Virus record (IMG/VR): IMGVR_UViG_3300046171_000328
Coordinates: 4,523 to 68,522 of that record
DNA: 64,000 nt
Origin: a virus
Direction: 5' to 3' (one strand)
The notes under the pieces are model-generated. The model made no database searches. It saw nothing but the letters and a program-made list of their open reading frames with translations, and had not been told where the DNA came from. Below are positions 19,303 to 29,592 of the stretch, one piece after another. Made by a program: the position numbers and the translations under genes. How positions within the stretch are numbered: the first letter of the stretch is position 1; each line of letters opens with the position of its first letter.

Positions 19303-22300
19303 GCATTGTACTGATTGAACGTGCCCGAACCTACACTCGCCTGCGGGATGCCGTGGAGGGGATGATTCGTCCCACACCACCCACGACACCGCACCTGAAG
19401 GCCGCCAGAGCGGCTTTGGATACCGATGCGACTCGTTACCTGCGTTTGCGTTTGAGTGGCATACGGGACGATGAGGCAATGGCAGGGCCTGATGGGGATT
19501 ATGCGGACGAAAGTGACACGATGCCACTGGAGACACTAGCTTCTCAGAATTTTGAGCTATTGACTGGTGAAATGGCTGGTGGTGTTCGCAAAAACAAAGT
19601 TGGGAACTTGCTTGAACAGGCCTACCACCGTGCAAATGAACTAGGGAAACCTGTCTATATTTTTGCGAAGTCTGCTCCTACAGCCCAGATTCACAAGGGC
19701 TTGGACTATCGATTGACCGATGAGTTCACCGATTGGCAAAAGTACGCCTACCATGGCGAATACATGGGCTACGAAGTGTTTCCACGGGGCATGGTCCGTA
19801 AGCTGACCACCAAGCCAAATGTTGAACAGTTGAGCCGCATGGACAACTCTGACACCCGCATTTCGTTGGATATTTTCCGCAGCTACAACCAACTAGAGGC
19901 TTTCCATCTAGCGGCTCTGCCAGAGTTGATCGAAACGACAGCCGGCGAACTGCACAGCTTGGGTGATGAAGGGCGTGCCTTGGCTTTTGAAGTCCAAAGT
20001 TTTCTGGAAGATTCCGATGGGATGATCATTCATCCATCGATGGCCCGAAGCGGTGGTATCAGTGATCGGGATCTGGCCAGAGCCAAAAAAGAAATGGACA
20101 GAGACAACTTGGACAATCCCGATGCTCACTGTGAGGACCTCTTGCGTGGGACGCTACCTCCAGAGGCTCTAAAAGAGCGCAAGTTGGCTGTTTTGGAAGT
20201 GATGAACAACTATGTCATGAACTTGGGGAGTTTGCCGGCAGCGATCAATGGATTTGGCCAGAACTATTTTAAATTACCTGTCAGTGATGCCACCTTCCGC
20301 AAGATCTGTTTGCACATGCGTTTTGCTGTACCCTTTGGGGCACGTCTAAAGTACGCCCTGTCGTACTTGACCAGAGTCCGTAGCGGTCAGCCGGCTTTTT
20401 GGAAAAGGCCGCTGATGGATGCGCTGGACCGTCTAATCAAGGAAGAAAGAGCCAAGCCGTCAATCTTCAAACCACAGCACAGCGAAGACATTCTCTCCAT
20501 GTACTTGGGAGAGTGGGAAAGCCTGACACATCAAAGAATGCAGGATGTCGAAGTATCCTTGATCTGGGATGCCTACAAGGGCAATGGAGATGCCCAGATT
20601 GGAGCCTTACCTGAGAACATGGAAGTCAATCAATGGACCAGAGAGCTAAACAATCGCATCATTCCGGTGATGGAAAAGAATGAACCGAATTATCGGGAAC
20701 TGCGCAGATACCTAGAGTCCAAAGAACTCAGCTATGCTTATGATCTAGAAATTTTCAAAAAACGCTACGAACGAGGTGACGATGCAGGAAACGAATCAGG
20801 AATTGTTTCTGGAGACGGAGGAGGAGACTTCGACTTTGGAGACGGAGGAACAACAAGCCTCAGTAAGCGAGAGATTCTGGGCAGGGCTGATGTGGAAAAA
20901 CGTTATCGAGACGCAGGAGTCGCACTCACTCGACGCGAAATATCAGGCATCACCAAAACTCAACACCTTTCCGAGCTTTATGCTCGAACTCTGAAAACGC
21001 ACCAGAACGACGGGTGCAACCTGATCTTGGAAGCACATCAAAAGAGCAAGGGGTTTGTACTGGCCGATGGCACAGGTGCAGGCAAGACGATGCAGGAGCT
21101 TGCGGTAGCCCTGCACTATTCCGATATGGGCAAGATGGTGCTGGTGGTAACCAAAGACAAGAAAGTGATTCAGGGAGCATTCCGTGGTGATTTTCAACGT
21201 TTTGAAACCAATCAGGAGCGCTTGGAGCATCTGCCGGATGCAGCACAACCGTTTGACTCCAACAACATCTACATCACCACTTACAACCGACTGCATGAAG
21301 CACGACAACATCAATGGGACATTGTTATTTTTGATGAAGCACATGCTGCTAAAAACCTGATTAATAGTAACCCATCTGCACAAGCTCAATATGTAGTGGA
21401 GTTGATGGACAAGGCAGAAAAAGTAGTTTGTGCTACAGCTACGCCTGCCGACAAGGGCTACCAGATGGCCTACCTGTGTAGAATGTGGGGGATTGACCCA
21501 TATATGATGGTTCAACGCATGGGCTTGGAATTTGATCCAACCTTTGGCTGGCAATCTGGCGAAGGCCTAGACAAAGAATCACAGGCTGGCATTGAAGCCA
21601 ACATCATGCAGGACTTCATGCGAGAGGCCACGAAAAAAGGCTTGATGGTCAAACGTGAAGTATCCATGGCCAACTTGGACTATATCAATCAGCAAATTGA
21701 ATTGTCACCGGATTGGCGTGCCATGTACGAAGCACTCAATCGGCACTACCAACAGTTGTGGCAAATGGCTAAAGGCATTGCCAAGGGAACCATCAAAGGG
21801 CAGTGGATGCTGAATGTGCGACGCTTACTGGACATTGCCAAGGCCGAGGCCGCAGGTTTTGCGGCTCTGGATGAACTCAAGGCAGGTCGCAAGGTGGTGG
21901 TCTTCTCTTGTGCAGTGGAAGACACACAGGACATTGCCGAGCAGATTCAAAGCGAACGTGCTGCAATGTACGAAATGACGGATGAAGAAATTGATGAATC
22001 GATCAATAAATTACGGGGCAAGGCCACAACAGGTCGAGTTAGCGATATGATTCAACAAGCTGGTTATCGGGTCTTTGAGATGACAGGGAAAAGAACTGAC
22101 AAACAGCGCAATGCGGCAGTAGCCCAATTCCAAGCTGGTGAACTGGATGCCATCGTTACGACTTTTGACTCTGGAGGAACCGGCATCAATCTAGACGATA
22201 CTGTTGGAGATTCCCCCCGTAGCGTGGTGATTACACAGCCACCGTTTGGGGCCAATGATGTGATTCAGGGCCTTGGCCGAGTCAATCGCTTGACCACCAA

Positions 22301-23132
22301 GAGCCGTGCAAAGGCTATTCAGCTAATGACCAATCTGGCAATAGACGATTGGAACCAGAGCTTGGTGGCAACCAAGCTGCAACGCTTGGGAGGGGCTGTT
22401 GGGGGTGATTATGGTAAAATTGATCTAAACAAGATTGCAGACCTCGACAACGGTGAAATTCAGAAGTATTTGCGGGAATCTGGTGTTCCTTCACGCCGAC
22501 CAATTCCCGTGGGCAGTGATGAAGATGAGCCAGACGTAGGGGATGCAGGAGATCGTGAACTTCCCCCAGAATGGTTCACTATTCCTGAAGACTTGGCTGA
22601 TGCCGTTGATCAGCTAGAAATGAAAGCGCCCTTTGAACTGATTCGTGATGAGGCTTACCCCTACTTGGTCGATGCGACTTTCTACAGTATTGGGGCCTTG
22701 CCCAATCCGATACTGAAATATGGCCCAGATCGTGGGTCCTTGATGTTTGATAACTTTGAGCGTGGGTGCTACATCGCTTCAAAGACTCTGAACAAAACCA
22801 TGGAAGAGATCTCACACCGTATTCGCAACGGTTCTTTTGTGGTGGTCCCTGCGCCAGCAGAGATTCCGGATCTGGTCGAATATTATCTGGTCAAGTGTGA
22901 GAAAAAAGACCGTGAATTAGTACAATCTCATGGAGGTGTTTACGATGCTGACTCCAAGCTATGGAAAGTCCCTGTTGAACGTTGGCCCAATCTTGATGAT
23001 GAAGCACGATCCAAAAATGTGGTCATACTTCAAGTCAAGCAAATTTCAGAAGGAATTCAGAGACATCAAAAAGCAGTGAGGAATGCTGAGTTCATTCCTG
23101 TGATCGACCTCGGCGGTTATCAGGGCTATTAA
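19299..23132 (+). CDS. Strawberry notch-family SF2 helicase-like protein
   Basis: GFVLADGTGAGKT, FDEAH, ATATP, GGTGINLDDTVGDSPR, QGLGRVNR. Confidence 0.85.
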   Translation: MSIVLIERARTYTRLRDAVEGMIRPTPPTTPHLKAARAALDTDATRYLRLRLSGIRDDEAMAGPDGDYADESDTMPLETLASQNFELLTGEMAGGVRKNKVGNLLEQAYHRANELGKPVYIFAKSAPTAQIHKGLDYRLTDEFTDWQKYAYHGEYMGYEVFPRGMVRKLTTKPNVEQLSRMDNSDTRISLDIFRSYNQLEAFHLAALPELIETTAGELHSLGDEGRALAFEVQSFLEDSDGMIIHPSMARSGGISDRDLARAKKEMDRDNLDNPDAHCEDLLRGTLPPEALKERKLAVLEVMNNYVMNLGSLPAAINGFGQNYFKLPVSDATFRKICLHMRFAVPFGARLKYALSYLTRVRSGQPAFWKRPLMDALDRLIKEERAKPSIFKPQHSEDILSMYLGEWESLTHQRMQDVEVSLIWDAYKGNGDAQIGALPENMEVNQWTRELNNRIIPVMEKNEPNYRELRRYLESKELSYAYDLEIFKKRYERGDDAGNESGIVSGDGGGDFDFGDGGTTSLSKREILGRADVEKRYRDAGVALTRREISGITKTQHLSELYARTLKTHQNDGCNLILEAHQKSKGFVLADGTGAGKTMQELAVALHYSDMGKMVLVVTKDKKVIQGAFRGDFQRFETNQERLEHLPDAAQPFDSNNIYITTYNRLHEARQHQWDIVIFDEAHAAKNLINSNPSAQAQYVVELMDKAEKVVCATATPADKGYQMAYLCRMWGIDPYMMVQRMGLEFDPTFGWQSGEGLDKESQAGIEANIMQDFMREATKKGLMVKREVSMANLDYINQQIELSPDWRAMYEALNRHYQQLWQMAKGIAKGTIKGQWMLNVRRLLDIAKAEAAGFAALDELKAGRKVVVFSCAVEDTQDIAEQIQSERAAMYEMTDEEIDESINKLRGKATTGRVSDMIQQAGYRVFEMTGKRTDKQRNAAVAQFQAGELDAIVTTFDSGGTGINLDDTVGDSPRSVVITQPPFGANDVIQGLGRVNRLTTKSRAKAIQLMTNLAIDDWNQSLVATKLQRLGGAVGGDYGKIDLNKIADLDNGEIQKYLRESGVPSRRPIPVGSDEDEPDVGDAGDRELPPEWFTIPEDLADAVDQLEMKAPFELIRDEAYPYLVDATFYSIGALPNPILKYGPDRGSLMFDNFERGCYIASKTLNKTMEEISHRIRNGSFVVVPAPAEIPDLVEYYLVKCEKKDRELVQSHGGVYDADSKLWKVPVERWPNLDDEARSKNVVILQVKQISEGIQRHQKAVRNAEFIPVIDLGGYQGY

Positions 23133-23899
23133 ATGATTGAAGAGCGCAAACTTACTGACTCTGAAAAAGAGGCCAAGGAGAGCTATTTAAAGCGCTTTAA
23201 GAAGAAGGACCGATTCAAGGACAGCAAGGGGAAACTGAATTCACTCAGTTATGCCATCGCCACCAAGTATGCCAAAGAAGGGAAAAAGTATCCGATGAAA
23301 GAGGATTTCACATCAGAAGAATTGGAAGAAATTCTTGAGGGATCGACAGCAGAGAAATCAAACCCAAAGCTGTGGGCACAATGCAAGGCAGAAGCAAGCT
23401 TCTAATGGGCGGAGTCCATAGCGCACGCGCAATGCAAAGCTGCCGTGGCCTATATAAAAAGCGCGGAGGCAAGTACAAGGGACCGAAAAAGAGTGATAAC
23501 AAACTGGCCAAGTGGACGAAGCAGGACTGGAAAACCAGCAGTGGAAAACCATCTGAGGGCAAGCGTCGCTACCTACCCGCCGCCGCTTGGAATTCGATGA
23601 CCAAGAGCGAAAAGGCCCAGACCAACGCTGCCAAGGCCAAAGCTCACAAGGAAGGCAAACAAGTATCCAAGCAACCCAAAAAGGTTGCTGCCAAAGCCAA
23701 GAGCTTCCGTGAGGAGGTGTCTAGCGAAACCACTTCAAACGACATTCCCATCCGAACAAAGGCAATCATGGCAAAAAAGAAGAAGGACAAGGACCCGAAA
23801 GAGCCAATCAAAGAATTGACGAATGTAGAACGCAAATATCTTTTGGCATTGATTGACGAAGCACACAAGGACCTCAGTGGCTCAAGCACCGCGCAGTAA
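23133..23899 (+). CDS. Basic DUF5872-like phage protein (one frameshift near 23397)
   Basis: ORFs 23133-23405 and 23372-23899 join with one added A; SARAMQ...YKKRGGKY, KWTKQDWKTSSGKPS...RYLP motifs. Confidence 0.65.
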
Positions 23900-25583
23900 A
23901 AAAGAAGACGAGAGCTTTGAGTTTGGCAATGTTGCCACGGCTCTGGCGGGACTATTCGGCAAGCAGAAAAAGGTCACCAGCGAAGAACTGGCACATACCG
24001 ACAGCATGTCGGCATCTGGTGGGGATTTTAACCAGAACAATCCATTTGACGAATGGGATAAATCGTTAGGTGGAACCGACAAAAAGATCCTCCGTGAACT
24101 GCCTCGACACCGTAATCAGAAATACGCCATCTATGACCGCATGTGCATGGACCCGATCATCTATGCCTGTCTGAAGCTCCATGCCAACACCGCACTCTCC
24201 TATGATGAAGAAAACGCTGAAATTGTGACGGTTAAGTACGTTGGTGATGAAAAGGACAAAGCCGCACAGGAAATGGTCGAGGACCTTGGCCAGTTGATGG
24301 AGCGCTTGCAGATCACTGAGCGTTTATTCACTTGGGGGTTAGATGTCCTCAAGTATGGAATGTGGTCTGTGAGAGTTTATGGAGAACGTGGTAAGGGCGT
24401 CACCAACGTGATCAGCAATGCCTTGACTCATCCCTACACACTCAAGATTTATGAACGCTCTGGCAAGCTGGCTGGCTTTACCAGTATGTATCAAGTCTCC
24501 AATGGCGAAGAATATGAGTTGATGGCCCCATGGAGCTTTATTACGTTTCGAATGCAGGGCCATACTGATGATCCAACGACCAGCTTGAGCAGTACCGAAA
24601 ACCGTAATCAGTGGAACATTGGAGCCGATGCGCCCTCTGAGGCGTTGGTCGAATCATGGAACTATGGCCGCTCCATCTTGGAGGGTTGTTTTCTGCCGTG
24701 GCTGGACCTGCAGGAAAGCGTGATTGCGCTCAACATGAGTCGGCGTAACAAGAGCAAGCGGGACCGAATGATTGGCTTTCCTGTTGGCGGACAAGCGCCA
24801 GCAAGAGCCGCAGCGCTTACACAGGCGATTGCGCAACGGCTCAAACAGCGCAAGTTGCTGGATGAAGAAAAGCGGCAGGCCGGCGGTTATGTAGCTTCTC
24901 AGGAGGACTTTTTACTGCCGTATGATTCGCAGACAGGCAACGGGAAACTGGAATTCAGCACCATCGAACCAAATGCGGATGTCAGTGCCATTGAAGATGT
25001 CATGTTTCATGTGAAACGTGTGGCTGGGTCACTGGGGTTGGACCCTGCGCTGATTGGCTTTGGAGACATGCTGGCCGGTGGGCTGGGTGAAGGAGGTTGG
25101 TTCCGCCAATCGATTTTAGCCGCAGCAACAGGAGAGCAGCTCCGACGTTCGATTTCGATAGGCCTCAACCGTATGTTCGAAATTCATCTAGCCTACAAGT
25201 ACAAGACCGCCTATCCGCCGAACAAACGCCCGTGGGAGCTTCAGTTTCATGCAGCCAGTAGTGCCAAGGAAATTGAAGAAAATCAGTCTAAGTTATTGAA
25301 AATGGACCTGACAGACCGGCTGAACCAAACGGTGCAGGCCTTTCGGGAAGCAGGAGTTGGCATTGACGCCACAAAGTTTGCCAAGTATTCGATTCATCAT
25401 GTGTTGGGGATGGATGAAGGCGAATGGGAGGAGCTTTGGGACAAGAAAGCACCACCGGCAGCCGAGGGGAGCGCTGAAGCCTTTGCTACCGGAGGTGGGG
25501 GCGGCAATGAGGGGCAATCACAAAAACCGCCACAAGCTGGCCCAGAGGCCGTCAACAGGGCTGCCAGAGAAGAGGATGACTGA
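23853..25583 (+). CDS. prt: Portal protein, P1 Prt-like
   Basis: ELPRHRNQKYAIYDRM...IEDVMFHVKRVAGSLGLDPALIGFGDMLAGGLGEGGWFRQS resembles the recalled P1 portal; true start may be GTG 23877. Confidence 0.9.
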   Translation: MTKHTRTSVAQAPRSKKEDESFEFGNVATALAGLFGKQKKVTSEELAHTDSMSASGGDFNQNNPFDEWDKSLGGTDKKILRELPRHRNQKYAIYDRMCMDPIIYACLKLHANTALSYDEENAEIVTVKYVGDEKDKAAQEMVEDLGQLMERLQITERLFTWGLDVLKYGMWSVRVYGERGKGVTNVISNALTHPYTLKIYERSGKLAGFTSMYQVSNGEEYELMAPWSFITFRMQGHTDDPTTSLSSTENRNQWNIGADAPSEALVESWNYGRSILEGCFLPWLDLQESVIALNMSRRNKSKRDRMIGFPVGGQAPARAAALTQAIAQRLKQRKLLDEEKRQAGGYVASQEDFLLPYDSQTGNGKLEFSTIEPNADVSAIEDVMFHVKRVAGSLGLDPALIGFGDMLAGGLGEGGWFRQSILAAATGEQLRRSISIGLNRMFEIHLAYKYKTAYPPNKRPWELQFHAASSAKEIEENQSKLLKMDLTDRLNQTVQAFREAGVGIDATKFAKYSIHHVLGMDEGEWEELWDKKAPPAAEGSAEAFATGGGGGNEGQSQKPPQAGPEAVNRAAREEDD

Positions 25584-25894
25584 TGTTTGTATTTGAAATT
25601 GAAAACAAGGACGCAAGGGCACAAATCAGCTTTCCAACAGATGATTACCATGCCCGATCCACCGCAATTACTTCTGGAGATCCAGAGCTATTGAAAATGT
25701 TAGCCGATTGGGTCCCAGCGCAGCTTGGACCCTTTGGACATCCGGTGGCTTGGCCTGATCCCTTTGTGCAGGACTTTGACTATGTCCTTTTGGGAGAGCG
25801 AGGAAAGCGAGAGTGGCCCTATGCGGCCCGTTTTGTTTCAGGGGATCGTGGAGACTGGTATGAACACAAACTTCCAGAAGGTATGGTTCCATGA
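25583..25894 (+). CDS. Small protein, positional DdrA analogue
   Basis: 103 aa, overlaps the ddrB-like start (ATGA); size and position match P1 ddrA, sequence similarity weak. Confidence 0.45.
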   Translation: MFVFEIENKDARAQISFPTDDYHARSTAITSGDPELLKMLADWVPAQLGPFGHPVAWPDPFVQDFDYVLLGERGKREWPYAARFVSGDRGDWYEHKLPEGMVP

Positions 25895-27876
25895 GTCTGG
25901 ACCCCAAGAAACTCATCGCTCAGATTTCAGAAGTTAGTATGTCCAATATTTTCTCACTGGTATTGGACAACGAGGACTATAAAACGGGACATTCAACTGG
26001 CTTGGACGCCACATTGACAAAGATTCCACAACCCTCAAAAAGTCTTGGAATCTACCATCTGAATCTTGGGGGTTATGCGTTTCAACTCAAGGAGGATGAT
26101 GACAATTATTTGACATATGACGGCCTGATGGAAGTCACCGATCACTTTCTGAAGCGACTTTCCAAGCAGATCAAGAATGCAGATATTCTGTGGGCAGATC
26201 TCAAATATCCACAAATCAACAGTCATCGTGGTGAAGGCGAACATGAAATTCGTAGTCTGATGCCGTTTCACAAAACAGAAGGCATTGACCCACTTGATTT
26301 TCTGAAAAAGGAAGCAGGCAATCTACAAGAGCGTGATTTGTCGGCAGCAATGAAACAAAGATACTATCTTTGGAACCCCAAGAGTTTGCCAATTCTCAAA
26401 GAAACGGCACAGCAGGGCGAGTTGTTTGTGCCTCAGTGGCTGATGGAGCTTAAAGGCAAGGGATCATTCAGACCAGACTTTCAAGGCATTGATCGAATTT
26501 ATGGAAGACTCAACAAGGTGACAGCCGTTAAAAACTTTGAAAGCCGTCCAATCAGCATGATGGCCGATGGTCATGAACTTGGGATTGAGGCGCTGGGAGG
26601 ACCAAGTGACACCATGCTGAGTGCCAGAAAGGTTGGAAACTTCATGGCCAGCGCCGCTCGTCAGTTTATGAGTGTTTCTACAGCCAGCTTTGGTGATGAA
26701 GCGAAAATGCAGAGAAATTACGAAAACCTCCGTACCGTTGTGGCTTCACTCTGCATCGATGCCAGAGACTTGGTGGACGAAGCGGGTGCTGCTACGACTC
26801 ATGAAGAATTTACAAGGCTCAAACAAAACAGCCTGTTGATGCACCGCAAGGATTTGGTGGAAGGGCACAAGGAACGGTTGGCAAAAGGGAAAGAATCACT
26901 AAGTCATGTGGACGGGCTAATGGTTTTTTATAACAGTGAAATCATGGCCGAGATGATGTCGAGTCCAGAGTATGCAGAAAGCAAAAGGCTGAATGAATAT
27001 GTAATCTCCTCCATGTTTGAACATGCCATCTACGATGGAGACTTGAGCAGATGGAAAGACGGCACTAGCGAATGGATTGACTTCAATGATACGGAAAGAA
27101 ATCTAATGCTCCAAGTGCTGCCGAAAATCACAAGAAAGATGCAAAAAGCGGTTGCTGAAGCTCAAAAGAAAACCTTTATTGATTCGTCACCACTACCTGA
27201 TGAAGAAGCACAACGCTTGACGGATGCTACCGATGTGCGGTCAGCAAACCTGACAAGAATGGGATTGGTGGCCAGTCCAAAGTACAAAATGAGTGAGAGC
27301 AAGAAAAAAGAAATCACCGACCGGCTTTTCAATTTTCATAAAATGACCAATGGAGCCGCTACCACTTTGAAGATGGTTGGCATGTCCAATAAGAAAAGTT
27401 TACGAGCCTGTGCCTCAAGACGTGGATTTATTGCACTCAACAATAGTGACACTTCATCAACCTTCTACCATGAAATGACTCATCACTTGGAGTTCAGCCA
27501 CAAATGGATTTATGAAGCGGGACAGGCTTTTTTGTTGGATAAGGTCGGCAAAAAGATTGAAACCAAGACTATGTCTGCGTTGGTCAAACAACGCTACATG
27601 AAAAAATGGGGAATCACAGATGCAAGCTCCGTCCGAATTCAGACCGGTTATGGTCGAAATGAAGTGGCATGGAATGCTGAAGTTTCAGAACCCTATCTGG
27701 CCAAGGAATATTCAGACAATTCCAGCGAAGTGATTACGATGACGATGCAGGATCTTTTGTGTGAAGACGAAAAGTCCTTTAAGCGGTTTATGGAACAGCG
27801 CAGGGACTATCCGGATGAGGTCGCGTTTGCAGCAGGGCTACTCAAGCAATTGCAAGAAGGGAAAAAGGCCGCATGA
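25891..27876 (+). CDS. ddrB: DdrB-like internal protein with HExxH metallopeptidase domain
   Basis: RACAS...FYHEMTHHLEFSH...AFL...YLAKEY...SEVITM resembles the recalled P1 DdrB C-terminus (WHELGHHLEYS...YMAKVY...TEVFSM). Confidence 0.75.
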   Translation: MSLDPKKLIAQISEVSMSNIFSLVLDNEDYKTGHSTGLDATLTKIPQPSKSLGIYHLNLGGYAFQLKEDDDNYLTYDGLMEVTDHFLKRLSKQIKNADILWADLKYPQINSHRGEGEHEIRSLMPFHKTEGIDPLDFLKKEAGNLQERDLSAAMKQRYYLWNPKSLPILKETAQQGELFVPQWLMELKGKGSFRPDFQGIDRIYGRLNKVTAVKNFESRPISMMADGHELGIEALGGPSDTMLSARKVGNFMASAARQFMSVSTASFGDEAKMQRNYENLRTVVASLCIDARDLVDEAGAATTHEEFTRLKQNSLLMHRKDLVEGHKERLAKGKESLSHVDGLMVFYNSEIMAEMMSSPEYAESKRLNEYVISSMFEHAIYDGDLSRWKDGTSEWIDFNDTERNLMLQVLPKITRKMQKAVAEAQKKTFIDSSPLPDEEAQRLTDATDVRSANLTRMGLVASPKYKMSESKKKEITDRLFNFHKMTNGAATTLKMVGMSNKKSLRACASRRGFIALNNSDTSSTFYHEMTHHLEFSHKWIYEAGQAFLLDKVGKKIETKTMSALVKQRYMKKWGITDASSVRIQTGYGRNEVAWNAEVSEPYLAKEYSDNSSEVITMTMQDLLCEDEKSFKRFMEQRRDYPDEVAFAAGLLKQLQEGKKAA

Positions 27877-29588
27877 ATCAAATTTCTATTGACCAGATCC
27901 AATCGGCAACCAGCTACCAAGACCTACGCAGGGCGGTCTTTGAGGCGTTGCCCAAGGCAAAGGCAGAACCAGTAGTAGATTCACCTGAAGTTGCTGAATT
28001 AAAGGCAAAGCTCAAAAAGCTGGAAGCTCATCAAGATCTGATGAAGAGAGCTAATCCAATCATCAAAAAATATTACAAGCTAGACGTTAGAGATGCTAGC
28101 TCTCTCAATTATCCGGCCTACGCCAAGGCCATTCATCAGTTGAATCAGGATAGAGGAGAAGAGCCGTTTGCACAGAAAACACTAGAGTTGATGCTCAAGC
28201 CTGATTTTGCAAATCGCATCGGATTTCCCGCTTTTGAGCTAACCAGTGTTAATGACAAAATCAAACGCATTAAAGCCAATTTGGCTAAGTTGGAAGCACA
28301 ACAGCCCAAAGTAGAGCCAGATCCAGAACCAGAGCCAGTCATTGAGCCGAAGCCAGATCCATATGCGATGAAACTTCCGAAAATCAAAAAGGGCCAGAAG
28401 TTTCTTCTCAACGGTGAAGAATACACATTTCTACGGTTCAATCAGGCCAGAATGAACCAAAAAGGGGGCAGGCCGGTTGTGGCAGTGAAGACCGGCTCCA
28501 CAGAATTCAGTAATCTTTCACTGATCGCTTTTCGGGATGCAAAACCTATTGAAGAAGAACCAGAGCCAACCGTTGAGCCAGAAGCTGTAACTGGCAATTC
28601 ATTGAGTGTGGAAGTGGCCTTGGACGATCCACAGTATGGGCGTTGGAATGCTACAGCCAAGGCCTTGTCCTTGATGGCTAATGAACTGAAAGAACAGATT
28701 GCTAAGAAGGGGTCAATTGTTTATCGGCCTGCTCAAATCAGCGAAGCCACCGAAGAGGACCTGTTGAAAATTATTAGTGTGCAATCCATATATTCGGACA
28801 CGGAAAAATATGCTGATAAACCAGAAGGGTTTACGGCAGGGATCTTCATTCGCCATGAACCTGAAAACGGGCAACGCTTCCACCCTGCAGACTTTTGCTG
28901 GTACTCCGAAAAATTCGGAGACAACGTAAGGATTTCTTCGAATATCGGACAATTCAAAAAGGGGATACCGGTTGACCCAGACGAGGGCTACAAATATTTA
29001 TCAGCAATCACCAGTGCCGTTAAGATGGAACCCGAACCAACCGTTGAGCCAGAGGACGAAGGAGAAGAGGAAACCAGCATTGCTCAATATACCGCAGACC
29101 TGTTCAACTCCTTCGAAGTGATTTTGATGACCGATGGCATTGGGACCAGCGAGGATGCTGCTTTGTTCTATTGTCCCATCAAGGTCGATGGAGTGAAGAC
29201 AATCGATGTGCCAGCAGGGATGCAGAAGAAAATCAACAAGGGTGTCCGTGTAGCAACCGTTTACCATGTCAAGACGGGCACAAATGATACACTTGCACAC
29301 CTGACGCTTCTAAAGGAGCGTGGTGCGAAGTTATTACTGACAGGAGTACAGCCAAGGGAAGCAGCTAATTTTGCTGCTGACATGGCTTCTCGCTATCCAA
29401 GATTGCAGTCAGAAATTCATAGGGCTAAAAATGACGGAGATCTGACTGAAATTTTCCGTACCGTTGAGCTTTTGGGAAAAATGCAGAACAGCGAAATGCG
29501 AACCCTAGACTTGGCCGCCGAATTGGGTGTGCCAATCTACATTCGGGAAGACTACTCCCGAAACCTCTCTCTCTTTATTCAGGAGTAG
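27873..29588 (+). CDS. Multidomain protein with DUF3560-like domain; putative capsid cargo
   Basis: LKAKLKKLEAHQDLMKRAN...PDFANRIGFPAFELT...IKRIK; domains joined by EPEPTVEPE linkers. Confidence 0.6.
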   Translation: MNQISIDQIQSATSYQDLRRAVFEALPKAKAEPVVDSPEVAELKAKLKKLEAHQDLMKRANPIIKKYYKLDVRDASSLNYPAYAKAIHQLNQDRGEEPFAQKTLELMLKPDFANRIGFPAFELTSVNDKIKRIKANLAKLEAQQPKVEPDPEPEPVIEPKPDPYAMKLPKIKKGQKFLLNGEEYTFLRFNQARMNQKGGRPVVAVKTGSTEFSNLSLIAFRDAKPIEEEPEPTVEPEAVTGNSLSVEVALDDPQYGRWNATAKALSLMANELKEQIAKKGSIVYRPAQISEATEEDLLKIISVQSIYSDTEKYADKPEGFTAGIFIRHEPENGQRFHPADFCWYSEKFGDNVRISSNIGQFKKGIPVDPDEGYKYLSAITSAVKMEPEPTVEPEDEGEEETSIAQYTADLFNSFEVILMTDGIGTSEDAALFYCPIKVDGVKTIDVPAGMQKKINKGVRVATVYHVKTGTNDTLAHLTLLKERGAKLLLTGVQPREAANFAADMASRYPRLQSEIHRAKNDGDLTEIFRTVELLGKMQNSEMRTLDLAAELGVPIYIREDYSRNLSLFIQE

Positions 29589-29592
29589 AACC

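Noticed and set aside
9769-22815. Many antisense and nested ORFs in the ORF track
   Set aside because: Shadows of long sense genes with no recognisable motifs
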